Shown here piece by piece: positions 62,166 to 64,000 of a DNA stretch of 64,000 bases. The notes under the pieces are model-generated. The model was not told the DNA's origin and made no database searches. It was given only the letters and a program-made list of their open reading frames with translations. Source of the DNA: Azolla caroliniana. Lineage: Eukaryota > Plantae > Polypodiophyta. Made by a program: the position numbers and the translations under genes. Position 1 is the first letter of the stretch. Each line of letters starts with the position of its first letter. Where the stretch lies: contig JBHGNT010000001.1 of NCBI GenBank assembly GCA_043228905.1, positions 11,904,001-11,968,000 on the forward strand, written 5' to 3'.

Positions 62166-64000
62166 CGCGCCTCTCTGAGTGTTGCCTCTCTCTCTCTCTC
62201 TCTCTCTCTTTAACATAAAAGTTTGTTGTTTTTCTTGTTTTTCTTTTATGTACATAGCCCACGTTCTCTTTGGCGGTTTTCTTATTAATTTTTTAATGTT
62301 TTGATTCTCACTTCCTCCGACAATGTTTGATGAGCTGTCCAGAAGCTGTCTCTGTCCCTTCCCTTCAATAAAATCTCTAGCTCCACATGGTGTATGTACA
62401 TATATGAACCCAACCCCCCCCCCCCCCCTCCCACAAAAGAAATAAACAAACGCAAAACCTTGGATCGCTTTCTTTGTCGTCCTTTACTTGCTCTAGCCAC
62501 ATGCCACAGACTCTTCGTCCTTTACTCGCTCTAGCCACATGCCACATACTCTTACTTCGACCAATGTGCATTTCACTAGAGGTGCTCGGGCTAACGACAT
62601 TATGTGTTCTAGCTGGATGTGATGGGGCTTATTTCGTTCAACACACATATTATTGTATTAGAGATGTGTCAGTGTGTTTTGTTAAAGCTCGTGGTTGTAC
62701 TTAACGTTCTACTATTCCCATACTACATCGCCATGGGCGGAAGAGATGTAAAAGAGGTGTCAATCCAATAAGAAGTGCTCTTGTTGTGTTAAGAACTAAT
62801 TCACGCTAGCTAGTGAAGTGAAAGAAAGCACACCCTTTTCTACTCTCTTTTTTTCCAATCCAACATTTTCAGTAACCTTCGTAAAAAAACCGCTTTAAAT
62901 GAAGGTACCACTTTGTGTTTTGATTAGTCGTTGAAGTGTGAAATGATATGACGCAAATAGATTATAAAACAGTTTGAGTGAGAGAGATAATAGGGTTTTG
63001 CTACCAATGTGTGTGGAAATCTATGATGGGTTGTTACCAACTTTCCAATTTTAGTACTTTTTCATTGATATGGTGTGGAAACGATCAGGGCCTAAATTTG
63101 ACGGGTTAGTATCAAAGTTTTTTGACGGGCATTTTTTAAAGATGTATGTCATATGCCATAAGATTACAAAAACTAACATGTCATTTGATATACAAATTTT
63201 AAAAGTGAAAAGCTCTATATAATGTTACATCGTTATAGATGTCATTACTATAACACAAAGATACACAAATTAGCATAACTACCTCACAAAGATAATGAAA
63301 TACATAAAATAAATATCGTGTTAATGTTTTTACTATTAAGTATGAAGAAAAGGTATTTTTTTTGGAAAAAAACTGGTTATTTTTGGAAAAAACGTAGTTA
63401 TTGTGTTGTTAAAAAGGTTATTATATCGAAAAAAAAGGTTAGTAAAAACTTAAGGTTTAACTTAATACGTAAAACATTAAAATCAAACCTACAGTTTACA
63501 CGCTTAGAGTATTTAATAAAGGTTATTGTTTAAATTTTCAATCAAATTTAAACTAATATTATTAGTAAAGAATAAAGATTTGAAAATATATATCATTATT
63601 ACATGATGATAATATTATTTTAAGCGTGTTATAAAAAAACATATAATATAAATATATTATTATACACACTTGATAGTATATATATATATTTATATGATAA
63701 TGTGTCATATATATAATATATATGACATGGAAAATAGAATTTTAGCATGTCATTTGACATGTATTATTTTTAGGGGCTTTTGACATGAAAATGGAAATTG
63801 AAACTTTGTATGTCACTTGACGGGCATTTTTATTAAGTGTATGTTTTTGACGGGCAAAAGGGCCTTTGACGGGCATGACACCCATCAAACTTTTGCCTTG
63901 GTAACGATGCAACTCTTGAAAAATATTTTGTTCTCTACTTGTGAAGACTTGAAATGAAAAGAAATTATGAGGAAATATTGTAAGGTTATAAGAATTTAGT

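Overview
Eukaryotic plant nuclear DNA, most likely from a non-seed plant (lycophyte, fern or bryophyte). This is inferred from a Sola-like transposase, a Tcn1-type chromovirus and tRNA-Trp-primed Ty3/gypsy elements. About 5-56 kb is a stack of nested LTR retrotransposons that can largely be reconstructed from LTR termini, PBS/PPT and target-site duplications (TSDs); letters A-K are my own labels. The stack holds gypsy A (5208-17789) with copia B inside its 5' LTR, and copia C (24813-42777) interrupted by copia D and by the gag-only gypsy F. F itself holds a solo LTR and the pol-less element E. It also holds copia remnants G and H, and the gag-only element J, which contains copia I and the chromovirus fragment K. 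None of the elements has an intact polyprotein. The only intact host gene is an intronless fasciclin-like arabinogalactan protein (61016-61963, minus strand) with a G-box/ABRE-rich promoter. The most unusual observations are: (1) tRNA-like Pol III A/B-box cassettes, antisense in U3, in two unrelated gypsy lineages; (2) element E, which has PBS-like motifs facing inward at both LTRs and no adjacent PPT; (3) a conserved acidic/Arg-rich in-frame tail after RNase H in copia B and I; and (4) two distinct conserved hairpins at PPTs. All calls were made by eye, without alignments or database searches.
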